54,022 nt of DNA. Origin: Nitrosopumilus sp. Its GTDB lineage: Archaea > Thermoproteota > Nitrososphaeria > Nitrososphaerales > Nitrosopumilaceae. How positions within the stretch are numbered: position 1 is the stretch's first letter; each line of letters begins with the position of its first letter. The stretch spans positions 1 through 54,022 of the forward strand of contig JBHHVV010000001.1 in assembly GCA_046754445.1 (NCBI GenBank), given 5' to 3'. Shown here one piece after another: positions 29,078-39,053 of this stretch. A program made the translations under genes and the position numbers. The notes under the pieces were generated by a model that did not search any database, was not told the origin of the DNA, and was given only the letters and a program-made list of their open reading frames with translations.

Positions 29078-29800
29078 TTATTCTTTATTATTAGAATTAT
29101 CTGTCTGATTTTCTTTATCTAAATCATCAATCATATCTGTTTTAGTTTTTATTATGGATTCCCTTGCATCTTTCAAATCTGGTTTCTCTACATGTTCAGA
29201 ATATTCTGAATCTTTTTCTATTTTATCCATATTCGATATTTCTCCAATGGAATCTGTCTTTTCTGAATCTAGCGGATCCGAGAATGTTAGTTCTTTTTCA
29301 CTTTTCTTCTTTGCAAACTGTTTTACAACCATGATGCCTATTACAATTGCAATTATCACATAGTTAATGGGAGGTTTTAACAGCTGCGTAATATATCCGA
29401 CTTGAGGGATGGTGTAAGCTACCTTTCCTATGTATTCTTCTTCTGTAATTGGAAAGTCAGTTCCAGGAATTGATGCAGGATTTGCATCTCCTTTAGTTCG
29501 GATTGTTTTCGGATCATCCTCAAGGATTGATGCAACTCTGTGAACTATTACTCTGTTATGATCTGATGGTCTATTAAACACAATAATGTCTCCTACCTCA
29601 ATTTCTTCAAAAGGTTCATGTCCTTGAACTACGAGAACATCATATACTTGTAAAACTGGAATCATACTTCCACTAGCAACTACATAAAATGGATTTTGTG
29701 TTCCAAATACCAATTGTAATCCTATCCAAATAACTAAAACTCCTACACCTACAATAACAATGTCCTTGATTATTCCTTTTGAGATGGATCTTTTTGCCAA
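29078..29800 (-). CDS. sec11: Signal peptidase I (archaeal Sec11 type) with acidic tail
   Basis: VVASGSM, GDIIVF, IVHRV, TKGDAN, IPQVGY. Confidence 0.92.
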   Translation of the reverse strand: MAKRSISKGIIKDIVIVGVGVLVIWIGLQLVFGTQNPFYVVASGSMIPVLQVYDVLVVQGHEPFEEIEVGDIIVFNRPSDHNRVIVHRVASILEDDPKTIRTKGDANPASIPGTDFPITEEEYIGKVAYTIPQVGYITQLLKPPINYVIIAIVIGIMVVKQFAKKKSEKELTFSDPLDSEKTDSIGEISNMDKIEKDSEYSEHVEKPDLKDARESIIKTKTDMIDDLDKENQTDNSNNKE

Positions 29801-29837
29801 ATTACATTTTCGCCTGTAGTGTCATTGTTCAAATTTT

Positions 29838-30569
29838 TTAACTATTGAGCTTGGTTCCACATTCTTCACAAAACTTGGAACCTTCTTTATTTCCAAATCC
29901 ACAGTTGGAACATTTCCCAGGTGGATCTGCATCTTCTGGATTTCCTAAAAGAATTACTTCTCCAACTTTCTTTATGTTACTCCATGGAATACTGCCTTCA
30001 GTACCATCGTTTTTAGTAATTACTAGAACCATTGATTGGGTAGAATCAATTCCTACTTGTTTTGCAGTTCCAATCTTGTTAGCATTTTCATCATACACTC
30101 CTCTACCTTCAATTGAACTAACAGAAGTTGCAGTGCCTGGTTGTGTAACTGTCTCTTGTGGAGTTTGCACAACTGGTTCTGCAATTTGTTGTGGTGGACT
30201 ATCTATTTCTGGTTGCATAGGTTTTGCACTTCCTACCTCTCCATCTTCATCCTGTTTTTTGAATTCCCTATATTCTGCAATTGAAGAGTTACATGAATTG
30301 CAAATGTATTGTCCTTTTTCAGCTAACAGTAAATTCTCTGCAACTTCTTCATTAGGATTTTCAAATTCTATTTTTGGAGAACCTTCGAATTCTTTTTCAC
30401 AAGTATTGCAAAAATGTTTAGTAATTCTTTCAGCATCAAGTCTTCCGATTGGTGCTAAAAACAGATCAGGACCACCTAGATTCCCTTTCATCTGTTGTTC
30501 ATCAGTAACTGTGGCCATTACGTAGCCTCCCGAACCTCTTAATTTCTTTAATCTAAGTTCTGAGCTCAT
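29838..30569 (-). CDS. Zinc-finger / PRC-barrel / double zinc-ribbon protein
   Basis: CNTC...CNSC; GRGVYDENANKIG...IPWSNIKKVGEVILL (PRC barrel); CSNC..CEEC. Confidence 0.82.
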   Translation of the reverse strand: MSSELRLKKLRGSGGYVMATVTDEQQMKGNLGGPDLFLAPIGRLDAERITKHFCNTCEKEFEGSPKIEFENPNEEVAENLLLAEKGQYICNSCNSSIAEYREFKKQDEDGEVGSAKPMQPEIDSPPQQIAEPVVQTPQETVTQPGTATSVSSIEGRGVYDENANKIGTAKQVGIDSTQSMVLVITKNDGTEGSIPWSNIKKVGEVILLGNPEDADPPGKCSNCGFGNKEGSKFCEECGTKLNS

Positions 30570-30684
30570 ATCTGAGTTTTACAAAAACGTCATTTAAGTA
30601 TATATCAAAATTTATTCTACAACAAAAAATATGGTGTAAATTCTGGTGAACATTTTTAGGTATGGTCAATAAAATATCAATACA

Positions 30685-31011
30685 ATGGGAATTACTCAAA
30701 TTTCAGATGCAAAGTCATGGGAAGTCGATGTGATAAACTCTGACATTCCAGTATTTGTTGACTTTTGGGCCGAATGGTGTGGCCCATGTAGAATGGTAGG
30801 TCCAGTAGTTGAAGAATTAGCAAGTGACTATGATGGCAAAGTAAAATTTGTCAAGGTTAACGTTGATGAGGCCAATGAATTGGCATCAAAATACAATGTC
30901 TTTAGTATTCCAACCTTAATCCTCCTAAACAAAGGTGAAATAGTTAGCCAGCAAGTAGGTGCTGCTTCTAAAGAATCATACAAAAATATGATTGATAGAG
31001 CTCTTGCATAA
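30685..31011 (+). CDS. trxA: Thioredoxin
   Basis: VDFWAEWCGPC, KVNVD, SIPTL. Confidence 0.95.
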   Translation: MGITQISDAKSWEVDVINSDIPVFVDFWAEWCGPCRMVGPVVEELASDYDGKVKFVKVNVDEANELASKYNVFSIPTLILLNKGEIVSQQVGAASKESYKNMIDRALA

Positions 31012-31065
31012 ACTCAAATACGTTTTTTCTCTTTTTTGATCCTAAAGTAATTAATATTCCAAAAA

Positions 31066-31617
31066 TTGACTGAGATTATGTCATTTGGCGAAGTGGATAC
31101 ACTAAACATGCTCTTTGATAAACTGCAAAGTTTGTTTGATGAATCTCAAGGATATTATGAATCATTTTTGGATACTAATAATATGTACAAGAAAGGCCAA
31201 CTTAGTGACAAAGAATTCTTCCAAAAATTAGGTGATTACACTGTAGCATATTCAGCATTAGAATTTCTTGCCATCAAAGTAATATTTGAAATGAGAAAAT
31301 CATTAGGAACTGGTTCTGGAAATACACAGTCTCCCGGCTTGATGCCTGGAATGGGAAATCCTGGAATGATGGCAGGAGGGATGGCTGGTGGAATGCCACC
31401 AAGATCAGGAACTGCTGAAAATCCTGTTGGTGGAGGACCACCGGGAATTGTTTCTGCACAAGAGGCATTTGGAGATGTTGGAACATTGCCATCACCAGAT
31501 CCAGCTTTGATGCCAAGACAATCTGCTCCACAACAAAGTGGAAATGGATGTTCTTCATGTGGAGCAGCACTTAGAGCAAATGCAAAGTTTTGCACAAAGT
31601 GTGGATCTAAAGCATAA
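31066..31617 (+). CDS. Zinc-ribbon domain protein with Gly/Met/Pro-rich linker
   Basis: Helical N-domain, GMGNPGMMAGGMAGGMPP linker, CSSC..FCTKCG; ATG 31078 is an alternative start. Confidence 0.82.
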   Translation: MTEIMSFGEVDTLNMLFDKLQSLFDESQGYYESFLDTNNMYKKGQLSDKEFFQKLGDYTVAYSALEFLAIKVIFEMRKSLGTGSGNTQSPGLMPGMGNPGMMAGGMAGGMPPRSGTAENPVGGGPPGIVSAQEAFGDVGTLPSPDPALMPRQSAPQQSGNGCSSCGAALRANAKFCTKCGSKA

Positions 31618-31638
31618 AATCAATTAAAAATAATTTTC

Positions 31639-31998
31639 TTAATCTTGTGTTGTACCGCATTCAGGACAAAACTTTGCAGTAGTAGACAAACTTGTACCAC
31701 ATTCTGAACAAAACTTTCCATCTGCATTAACTTCATTGTATGCATTCCCGACAACAGCTGAACTTCTAACTGCACCTGATGGTTCATATTTTTCATCGTC
31801 AATTAATACTGGTTCAAAGTCTTGTTCGGTCAAAAAGGTCATCATTCTTGGAATGCCTTTTCCATCATTGTTTGGATCAGGAACTGAATCCCCCAACCAA
31901 AATGCAAATCTCATTAGAGTTAACTCTGGAGTTGAGAATGCTAAAGTATGCTTTGACATGTATTCTTGTGCAGCTTTTTTACCATCAAAAACTTCCAT
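31639..31998 (-). CDS. Zinc-ribbon domain protein
   Basis: C-terminal FCSECG..AKFCPECG. Confidence 0.82.
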   Translation of the reverse strand: MEVFDGKKAAQEYMSKHTLAFSTPELTLMRFAFWLGDSVPDPNNDGKGIPRMMTFLTEQDFEPVLIDDEKYEPSGAVRSSAVVGNAYNEVNADGKFCSECGTSLSTTAKFCPECGTTQD

Positions 31999-32100
31999 AA
32001 TGGCAGTATTTTCTTTTTATGTATAATAGTTTCTCGCAGAGTAATTCTTCGAAATGTTTTAACTAAATGATGAATCTACTAAATTCAGGTTAAGGGTAGC

Positions 32101-32703
32101 ATGGGACAAGGTGACTTTAAAGAAAAGTTAATTGTGATCGGATTCCTAATAGGAATATTCTTACCTTTAAGGTTAATTTTTGTTGAATATGTTTCTGATC
32201 ACTGGTTAGGAAATTTTGGTCTGATTACAGGTCTGGTACTAGTCTTGTTAATTTTAATAAATAAAAGAAAATTAGGAAGGATTGGTAATATTTTTGAAAA
32301 ACAAATGAAAAAAACAATTTTTGGAAAGACTGGAAAAATTGTAATATCTTTATCTGTTTTATCTTTGATGTATTTTGGCAGCACCATGTTATTTATGGAA
32401 AGAGGAGAATCTGTTTACTCTGATGACAAGGCCTTGTTTTATGATGCTATAGTTTCAAACAGCGGTATTGAGCAGATAAATCCAAATAATCTAAAAAATA
32501 TACATATCGTTTATGATTCTGATAATAGAATTTATTCTACTTTTGATTATGCTTTTTCAATTACTTATGCTATAATGAATGACTTTACTGGAGGGTGGTT
32601 AGAACATTTGTATTTTATTTTACTTGTTGAACAAGTTGAGGTTTTAGGAATCTTCACGTTCTATAGAATTTTTTCAAGACCGATTGTTCCAATACCTGCC
32701 TAG
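32101..32703 (+). CDS. Hypothetical membrane protein
   Basis: About four TM segments. Confidence 0.72.
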   Translation: MGQGDFKEKLIVIGFLIGIFLPLRLIFVEYVSDHWLGNFGLITGLVLVLLILINKRKLGRIGNIFEKQMKKTIFGKTGKIVISLSVLSLMYFGSTMLFMERGESVYSDDKALFYDAIVSNSGIEQINPNNLKNIHIVYDSDNRIYSTFDYAFSITYAIMNDFTGGWLEHLYFILLVEQVEVLGIFTFYRIFSRPIVPIPA

Positions 32704-32897
32704 TTTGTCATATTATACAAACAACTCCCTAAGTGCATTACAATTGTGCAAATGTTGTGAGAATTTACATTCCAGTAAGACCTTCAAGAAAATCAGTCTC
32801 TGATGATGATACTGACGAAGAAATTGATGAATGGTAATTACAATTATTGTTTGTGTAATTCTAGAAACTTTTGTCAAATATATTTGCAAAATTTTAG

Positions 32898-32969
32898 TGG
32901 ACCGGGAGGGAATCGGACCCTCGACATCCTCGTTGCGAACGAGGCATTATACCACTAAACCACCGGCCC
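32898..32969 (-). tRNA. tRNA-Ala (CGC)
   Basis: Reverse strand GGGCCGG/CCGGTCC with G3:U70; anticodon arm CCTCG-TT CGC AA-CGAGG; T-loop TCCGATT. Confidence 0.95.
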
Positions 32970-33044
32970 ATACTCTATCTCTTTTAGTTCTGTTTTTATT
33001 CATTTTCTCAACGCATAATAGACTGCAAGAAATTATATTTACAG

Positions 33045-34436
33045 ATGACATATGATGCTGTAATTGTTGATTCACACATCATTCTTCCTCAAGGAATGAT
33101 AGACAAGAATATCATTATTGATGAGGGAAAAATTGTTGGATTCACAAATGATATTCCTGCATGTGATAACAAGATTCATGGTGATGGACTAATTTCTGTT
33201 CCCGGTCCAATTGACACTCATGTTCATTATGGAGTATATTCTCCAATTAATGAAGCTGCAAAAACTGAATCACATGCTGCAGCAATTGGTGGAATTACAA
33301 CCATGATGAGAATGCTTAGACTGGGAGATCCTTTTTCAAATTCACTACAAGCACAACTTGATGCTGCATCTGAAAATCATTATGTTGATTATGCAATTCA
33401 TGCTTCAATTTTTACTCCCCAACAAATATCTGAAATGAATTTTTGTGTTGAAAAAGGAATTACGTCTTTTAAAATTTACATGAATCTTGGAGGGGAAGTA
33501 GGTCATGTTTACATGGATATGCCACCAAACTCCACTGAACTTGTTGCAGATCAAGTTGATGTCACTGATGAAATTGTAGAACAAATAGTAAAGACAGCTG
33601 CTTCGCTTGGTTGTCCCGTATTGGTTCATGCTGAAGACTATGAATCATGTGGATGTGGAATAAAAACTGCAAGAGCGAAAAAACAAGATGGATTGTCTGC
33701 ATGGTCTGAAAGCCGTTCTCCTGAATATGAGGCAAAAGCAATCAAAACAGTATCCAAATTTGGTCGAGATTATGATTGTGTGATTTACTTTGTTCATATT
33801 GGCTCTGAGCTAGCGCTTGAACAAATCCAAGAAGAAAGAAAACTTGGAACAAAAATTTTTGTTGAAACATGTCCTCATTATCTAACACTATCCTATGAGA
33901 AGCAGCAAGGTTATCTTGCTAAAGTGATGCCTCCAATTAGAACTGAAAATGATTCAAAGGCAGTATGGAATGCACTTTCAAATAATTTCATTAATGCAAT
34001 AGGAACTGACCATGTTGCAAATCAATTAAAACTCAAATTAGGTGGTGATGATGTGTGGGGAGCTCTTGCAGGATTTCCTGGAATTGGAACTGTACTTCCA
34101 ATATTGCTCAATGATGGTGTTAATCAAAATAGGATTACTCTGGAACAGTTTGTAAAATTTACTAGTCTAAACGCTGCACAAATCTTTGGAATGTATCCAC
34201 AAAAAGGAACTCTTGGAAAAGATTCTGATGCAGATATTACAATGATTGATTTAAAAAAAGAAAAAACTGTAACTTCGGATTTGTTTGGGGGATTCTCTGA
34301 TTATATTGTGTATGAAGGAAGAAAACTAAAGGGATGGCCTGTAAAAACAATTGTTAGGGGAGAATTAATTGCAGAAGACTTTGAAGTTATTGGCAAATTA
34401 GGTTATGGTAAGTTAGTTAAACGAAAAATTATTTGA
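33045..34436 (+). CDS. Cyclic amidohydrolase (dihydroorotase/dihydropyrimidinase/allantoinase family)
   Basis: PGPIDTHVH, GGITT, SFKIYM, VHAED, ETCPHYL, PPIR, GTDH, DADIT. Confidence 0.88.
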   Translation: MTYDAVIVDSHIILPQGMIDKNIIIDEGKIVGFTNDIPACDNKIHGDGLISVPGPIDTHVHYGVYSPINEAAKTESHAAAIGGITTMMRMLRLGDPFSNSLQAQLDAASENHYVDYAIHASIFTPQQISEMNFCVEKGITSFKIYMNLGGEVGHVYMDMPPNSTELVADQVDVTDEIVEQIVKTAASLGCPVLVHAEDYESCGCGIKTARAKKQDGLSAWSESRSPEYEAKAIKTVSKFGRDYDCVIYFVHIGSELALEQIQEERKLGTKIFVETCPHYLTLSYEKQQGYLAKVMPPIRTENDSKAVWNALSNNFINAIGTDHVANQLKLKLGGDDVWGALAGFPGIGTVLPILLNDGVNQNRITLEQFVKFTSLNAAQIFGMYPQKGTLGKDSDADITMIDLKKEKTVTSDLFGGFSDYIVYEGRKLKGWPVKTIVRGELIAEDFEVIGKLGYGKLVKRKII

Positions 34437-34499
34437 TTTTGAAATTTTCTTAATGTAAAAACTATCTGTTTTTATTATTTAAAGTAGAAATTACATTGA

Positions 34500-35165
34500 T
34501 TGAAAAAAATTCAAATTGAAAAAAAATATGATGTGGCATTGAATGATTTAATAAATTTTTTAAAGAACTCAAGATTTCTTAATGACAAAAATGTAGAATT
34601 GGCATTTCGAAATATTCCTAGACATAAATTTGTTCCAGCATCTGAATTGGATTGTGCGTATTACAATGAACCACTTCAAATTATGAAGAATCAAACAATC
34701 TCTCAACCTGGGGTGGTTTCAAGAATGACTGAATGGCTAGATGTACATGATGGACAAAAAATTCTTGAGATTGGTACTGGTTCTGGTTGGCAAACGGCAA
34801 TTCTGTCTTATCTGGTAGGAACAGGAACTGTTTTTTCCATAGATATTCACCATAGTCTAGTAAAATTTGCAAGAGAAAACCTGGAAAAACTTGGTATTGA
34901 TAATGTTCATGTTATTTTAGGTGATGGAAGTATTGGATATGCAAAAGAATCGCCATATGATCGAATCATAATCACTGCTGCATGTTCTGAAATTCCTTTG
35001 CCTTTATTTGATCAATTATCAGAAGGTGGACTGATTATTGCACCTGTTGGGGGCTCTTCACAATCATTAATCCTCTTAAAAAAGACATCAAAAGGAATTA
35101 AGGAAATTAAAAACCAACCAAACTATGTTTTTGTTCCATTATTGGGAAAATTTGGCAAAAAATAG
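34500..35165 (+). CDS. pcm: Protein-L-isoaspartate O-methyltransferase
   Basis: IPRHKFV, QTISQP, LEIGTGSGW, GDGSIG, PYDRIIITA, FVPL. Confidence 0.94.
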   Translation: MKKIQIEKKYDVALNDLINFLKNSRFLNDKNVELAFRNIPRHKFVPASELDCAYYNEPLQIMKNQTISQPGVVSRMTEWLDVHDGQKILEIGTGSGWQTAILSYLVGTGTVFSIDIHHSLVKFARENLEKLGIDNVHVILGDGSIGYAKESPYDRIIITAACSEIPLPLFDQLSEGGLIIAPVGGSSQSLILLKKTSKGIKEIKNQPNYVFVPLLGKFGKK

Positions 35166-35173
35166 AATTCATA

Positions 35174-35848
35174 TTAAATGATATCGAATTTCCCGCCAGT
35201 CTTAGCTCTGTATATGATGTCTGGTTTTCTCAAAAATATCCCCGATTCTAAAACTCCTGTGGTCTGTTTAATTTTTTGACTGAGTATTTTAGGATTTTTT
35301 ATTGTTCCAAAGTCGCAATCTAAAATTATGTTTCCATTTTCTGTAAAAAATGGATAACCTCTATCAAGTGAACGAAGTTGTACATTTCCTCTTAGTTTTC
35401 TCAAAGAATCAGTAACTGTATTTCTTGCAAGTGGATGAACTTCTATTGGAACAGTTCTTGTAAAATTTTTTACAAACTTTGTCTTGTCTGCTATGACAAC
35501 CACTTTTTTTGCAAGACTAAACAAAATATTTTCTCGTAGTAATGCCCCTCCTCCTCCTTTGATTACATATTTTTGAGAATCAATTTGGTCTGCTCCGTCA
35601 AATACCACATCAATGTGATTCACTTGATCTGCTTCTACAAGTGGAATTCCAACTTTTTCTGCAATCAATTTGATTTGTAGAGATGTTGGAACTCCTCTAA
35701 TATTGTAATTTTTTAGTTTGATTAATTTTGCAAGTGATTTTACAAGTGCAGTAGATGCTCTACCACTACCCAATCCAATAACATTACCATCTTTAACTAA
35801 CTTTAATGCATCAGTTGACAATGCCTCAATGGCATTATCGTAGGACAA
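35174..35848 (-). CDS. rpiA: Ribose-5-phosphate isomerase A
   Basis: IGLGSG, DGADQ, IKGGGGALLRE, PIEV, TENGNIILD. Confidence 0.95.
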   Translation of the reverse strand: MSYDNAIEALSTDALKLVKDGNVIGLGSGRASTALVKSLAKLIKLKNYNIRGVPTSLQIKLIAEKVGIPLVEADQVNHIDVVFDGADQIDSQKYVIKGGGGALLRENILFSLAKKVVVIADKTKFVKNFTRTVPIEVHPLARNTVTDSLRKLRGNVQLRSLDRGYPFFTENGNIILDCDFGTIKNPKILSQKIKQTTGVLESGIFLRKPDIIYRAKTGGKFDII

Positions 35849-36823
35849 TTACTCTACCTCTGCTTGATCAAGCTTTGATAAAACTTTCATGATATTTCCC
35901 TTGATTTTATCTAAATCATCTGCATCATCATCAAAGTCGTCATCTAGTGTTGTAGATTTTTGTTTTTCCGGTTCTGGAAGTGCCTTGTACTCTGTAATCT
36001 TCGCTACTTCTTCATTAAGATCTGGTTTAGTTTCAACTTTGACCTCTGGTTTTGGAGTAACTGATTGAATAATCTCAATTTTATCTTCAACTTTTGGCTT
36101 TGGTTGAATAACTTCTTTAACTATCTCTTCTTTTGGTTGAATTAGTTCTGTCTGTATTGCTTTAGGTTGTGGCATTGGTTTTACAACTTGTTTTACTTCT
36201 TCTTTTTCAATTAGTGGGAATTTTGGTTCCTTTCTTGAAATGTTAGTTAGTGTAGTTAATTCAAATGATTGTCTTGGTTTTGTTGGTGGAATTTCAATGG
36301 GTTCAATCTTTGATTCTTTTGGAATGTCAAAGTTGAATGTATTTTTCAAAGATTTTGAAAATTCTTGTTTTGTTTCTTTCTTTTTTACTTCTTGCTCTTT
36401 AGTTTTTGATGTCTCAACTTTTGCACTTATCATCTTTGATGATAACTCAAATAACCTATCATCTAGTTTTGATAATTTCTGATCCATCAAAGTAATCAAT
36501 CCATCACCAACAGGTCCCAAGTCTGGATGCTTGCTTGCCTGCTCTAATTTTTCTAGTTTAGCTAAAACAATTCCTAATTGATGCTGATATTTTAGTAAGA
36601 GTTTGTCTTTTTGAATTTTAGAAAATTCTGAATCTGCTTGATATAATCTTGAAATAGTTTTAGTAAGAATGTCTTTTTCAATTTTTAGAGAATTAATTTG
36701 ACTTTTAATGTGTGAACTGGCGCCAAGACTGAGTAATTGATTTTTGTCTCTGGGCATTTTACGTACTGCAGCTGCAGTAGCAACACCGGCTAGTGAACTA
36801 AGAATAAGGGCAATTTCTTGCAT
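35849..36823 (-). CDS. Hypothetical coiled-coil protein with N-terminal anchor and Lys/Glu/Pro-rich linker
   Basis: Abuts rpl37e and rpiA with zero-bp gaps; hydrophobic N-terminus, helical core, acidic C-terminus. Confidence 0.78.
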   Translation of the reverse strand: MQEIALILSSLAGVATAAAVRKMPRDKNQLLSLGASSHIKSQINSLKIEKDILTKTISRLYQADSEFSKIQKDKLLLKYQHQLGIVLAKLEKLEQASKHPDLGPVGDGLITLMDQKLSKLDDRLFELSSKMISAKVETSKTKEQEVKKKETKQEFSKSLKNTFNFDIPKESKIEPIEIPPTKPRQSFELTTLTNISRKEPKFPLIEKEEVKQVVKPMPQPKAIQTELIQPKEEIVKEVIQPKPKVEDKIEIIQSVTPKPEVKVETKPDLNEEVAKITEYKALPEPEKQKSTTLDDDFDDDADDLDKIKGNIMKVLSKLDQAEVE

Positions 36824-36991
36824 CTATGTATACCATTTAATCCAGGAATACTTTCTGCGTTTGGCCTCTGGGAACCCACAACTTGCACATTGGTGATGAC
36901 GTTTGTGAAGTGAGTTTTTACCACATCTTCTGCATCTGATGTGAACTTTCTTCTTTGTAAAACCACCCATAGAAGTTGTACCTTTCGTCAT
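36824..36991 (-). CDS. rpl37e: 50S ribosomal protein L37e
   Basis: Hand-translated (absent from ORF track): [55 protein letters not shown]; follows Sm as is usual in archaea. Confidence 0.96.
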   Translation of the reverse strand: MTKGTTSMGGFTKKKVHIRCRRCGKNSLHKRHHQCASCGFPEAKRRKYSWIKWYT

Positions 36992-37001
36992 TACAAATCA
37001 C

Positions 37002-37238
37002 CTAATTTTGTGCTGGTGGAGGAGAGATCATAACTACATTGTCTCCTCTGACTACAATGCTTCCGAGGCTCTTAGAATCGCCTTCAGCAGGAATTTCCTC
37101 TGAAGAATCGAGTAGCAGATTCATGTGTTGGTCAAAACCAAGAAGATTACCTCTAATGGTCTTGTTTCCTTTGAGTTTTATCAATACAACTTGATTGATA
37201 CTCTCATCCAATACTTTTACTGCCATATCAACGGACAT
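37002..37238 (-). CDS. Sm-like archaeal protein (Lsm/SmAP)
   Basis: [28 protein letters not shown]. Confidence 0.94.
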   Translation of the reverse strand: MSVDMAVKVLDESINQVVLIKLKGNKTIRGNLLGFDQHMNLLLDSSEEIPAEGDSKSLGSIVVRGDNVVMISPPPAQN

Positions 37239-37295
37239 CTATTTCACTTATTGACTTGCATATTGAGGGATTATATTAAATTTCCATTGGTGAAA

Positions 37296-38027
37296 CTATG
37301 AGCTATGCCCAGTAAGGCAAGTTTGACACTTTTTTTCCAAATTTTTGACGATTTCAGCTAAAATCACCTGTCCGTCTTTCTTTGTGGCTTTTGTTGGATC
37401 GCCCCAAATTCCATTTTTGGTAGCTTTAGGAAATGATTGATTTGCTAGTTTTCCAAGCTTTGTAATTTCCTGTTTTGTCATTTTATCTGTAATGAGTCCT
37501 TTTTTTGCCAATTTCATTTTGACATTTTTAGAGATTGCCAACATTAATGATGTTTCTACAAATCCTGCATGATCAAAATCTCTGCTCATAAAATGCCAAT
37601 AAGATAATGGAAACACCTTGAGTTTGTTCTTTGAGATTTTTTTGAGTTTTACATCTAGATTTTTTATCGGTTTTAGATTCCCGTGGTGACCATTAATTAT
37701 GAAAATTGTTTTGATTCCATTTGATAATAGCGAAGTACACAAATCAGTCAGAACTGTTTTCAGAGTTGATTCTCTAATACTGAGATTAAAAAATGGGGAA
37801 TGCTCAAATGAAACTCCATATGATAAAGTAGGCAATAAAAGATATCCATTATTTTCTGAAATTTTTTTTGCTACCTCGGTAACAATATCTGTATCAGTTG
37901 AAACTGGCAAGTGTGGCCCATGTTGCTCAATTGAGCCTACTGGGATAACTGCAATCTGTTTTTTATCGGAAATATATTTTCTAAGAACTGGATCAAATTG
38001 TGCTTTGATTTCTGTCATTTGTTTCAC
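37296..38027 (-). CDS. Creatininase family amidohydrolase (ArfB-like)
   Basis: PVGSIEQHGPHLPVSTD, SFEH, NGHHGN, DHAGFVETS, GIWGDP. Confidence 0.88.
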   Translation of the reverse strand: MKQMTEIKAQFDPVLRKYISDKKQIAVIPVGSIEQHGPHLPVSTDTDIVTEVAKKISENNGYLLLPTLSYGVSFEHSPFFNLSIRESTLKTVLTDLCTSLLSNGIKTIFIINGHHGNLKPIKNLDVKLKKISKNKLKVFPLSYWHFMSRDFDHAGFVETSLMLAISKNVKMKLAKKGLITDKMTKQEITKLGKLANQSFPKATKNGIWGDPTKATKKDGQVILAEIVKNLEKKCQTCLTGHSS

Positions 38028-38866
38028 TTGGATTTAATGTGAACCTTTCTCCAACGAACTTCAAGTTTATTTTCTAAATGCATTTTTGTTGCTTTGAGTA
38101 GTGTATCTGCTTCTAATTTCTGGCCCTTTGCTTTTATTTTCTCTAGTGTATCATTGGGATCTACTTTGAAAGAATCTTGGAAAATTATTGGACCTTGATC
38201 CAAGTTTTCTGTAACGTAATGAGATGTTACACCTACAATCTTTGTACCCCTTTCAAATGCTTGTGCATATGCTAATGCACCTGGAAATGCAGGTAGTAAT
38301 GATGGATGAATATTGATAATTCTATTTGGATATCTCCAGACAAAGTTAGGACTGAGTATTCTCATGTATCTAGCAAGTGAAATCAAATCGATATTGTATT
38401 TTTTACATATTTGAATAATTTTCTCTTCTGCTTTTTGTTGGTTCTTTTCTTCTACTGTAACAAATGGAATTTTTGCCTTTTTTGCTAATGGTTCTAATGT
38501 CTTTTCAGTACCAATAATTACTGATATTTTTCCTTTTAGGGATTTTGCATTACAAAGAATTGTTTCAAGACAAAGAGGTTCCTTCGTAACAAATATTGCT
38601 ATATTTTTCTGTGAGTTTGTTTCATGATGAGTACTGACATCCATCTTTTCTTTTTTAGCCAAGTTTTGAATTTGTGAATCAAATTTTTTCACATCAAGTG
38701 CTTTTGAAAAAGATACTTCAAGATACATTCCAAAAAGTCCCTTGATTACATTTTGGTTCACTTTCTCAATGTTTCCACCTTTAGAGAATGCAAAATTAGT
38801 AAATGTAGCAACAATGCCTTCTCTGTCTTTTCCTACTACTGTAATTCCTACTACTGTCTTTTTCAT
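38024..38866 (-). CDS. purU: Formyltetrahydrofolate deformylase
   Basis: N-terminal ACT (GKDREGIVA), LARYMRIL, INIHPSLLPAFPGA, HYVTENLDQGPII. Confidence 0.9.
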   Translation of the reverse strand: MKKTVVGITVVGKDREGIVATFTNFAFSKGGNIEKVNQNVIKGLFGMYLEVSFSKALDVKKFDSQIQNLAKKEKMDVSTHHETNSQKNIAIFVTKEPLCLETILCNAKSLKGKISVIIGTEKTLEPLAKKAKIPFVTVEEKNQQKAEEKIIQICKKYNIDLISLARYMRILSPNFVWRYPNRIINIHPSLLPAFPGALAYAQAFERGTKIVGVTSHYVTENLDQGPIIFQDSFKVDPNDTLEKIKAKGQKLEADTLLKATKMHLENKLEVRWRKVHIKSK

Positions 38867-38918
38867 GACTTTGTTTGTTGAAGATTTTCTCATTATTAAT
38901 CATTCACAGAAATCAAAA

Positions 38919-39006
38919 TGGTGCGGGAGGTGGGATTTGAACCCACGAACTCCTAAGAGATAGGGTCCTAAGCCCTACGCCTTTGACCAGGCTGGGCGAC
39001 TCCCGC
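38919..39006 (-). tRNA. tRNA-Leu (TAG), CCA encoded
   Basis: Reverse strand GCGGGAG/CTCCCGC-A-CCA; anticodon arm TAGGG-CT TAG GA-CCCTA; long variable arm. Confidence 0.95.
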
Positions 39007-39053
39007 AACGAACTTGCCATTAAACACAAATTTATCTATTATTGAATAATGTC

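Noticed and set aside
29845-30525. 226-aa + strand ORF
   Set aside because: Exact antisense shadow of the PRC-barrel/zinc-ribbon gene; Ser-rich composition typical of shadow frames
32733-32837. Possible 34-aa acidic peptide (GTG start, ...DDDTDEEIDEW) or C/D-box sRNA from TGATGA strings
   Set aside because: No clear start signals; box C and D elements are not in a canonical order or spacing
32831-33055. 74-aa + strand ORF
   Set aside because: Runs antisense through tRNA-Ala; likewise 38742-38963 overlaps tRNA-Leu and purU
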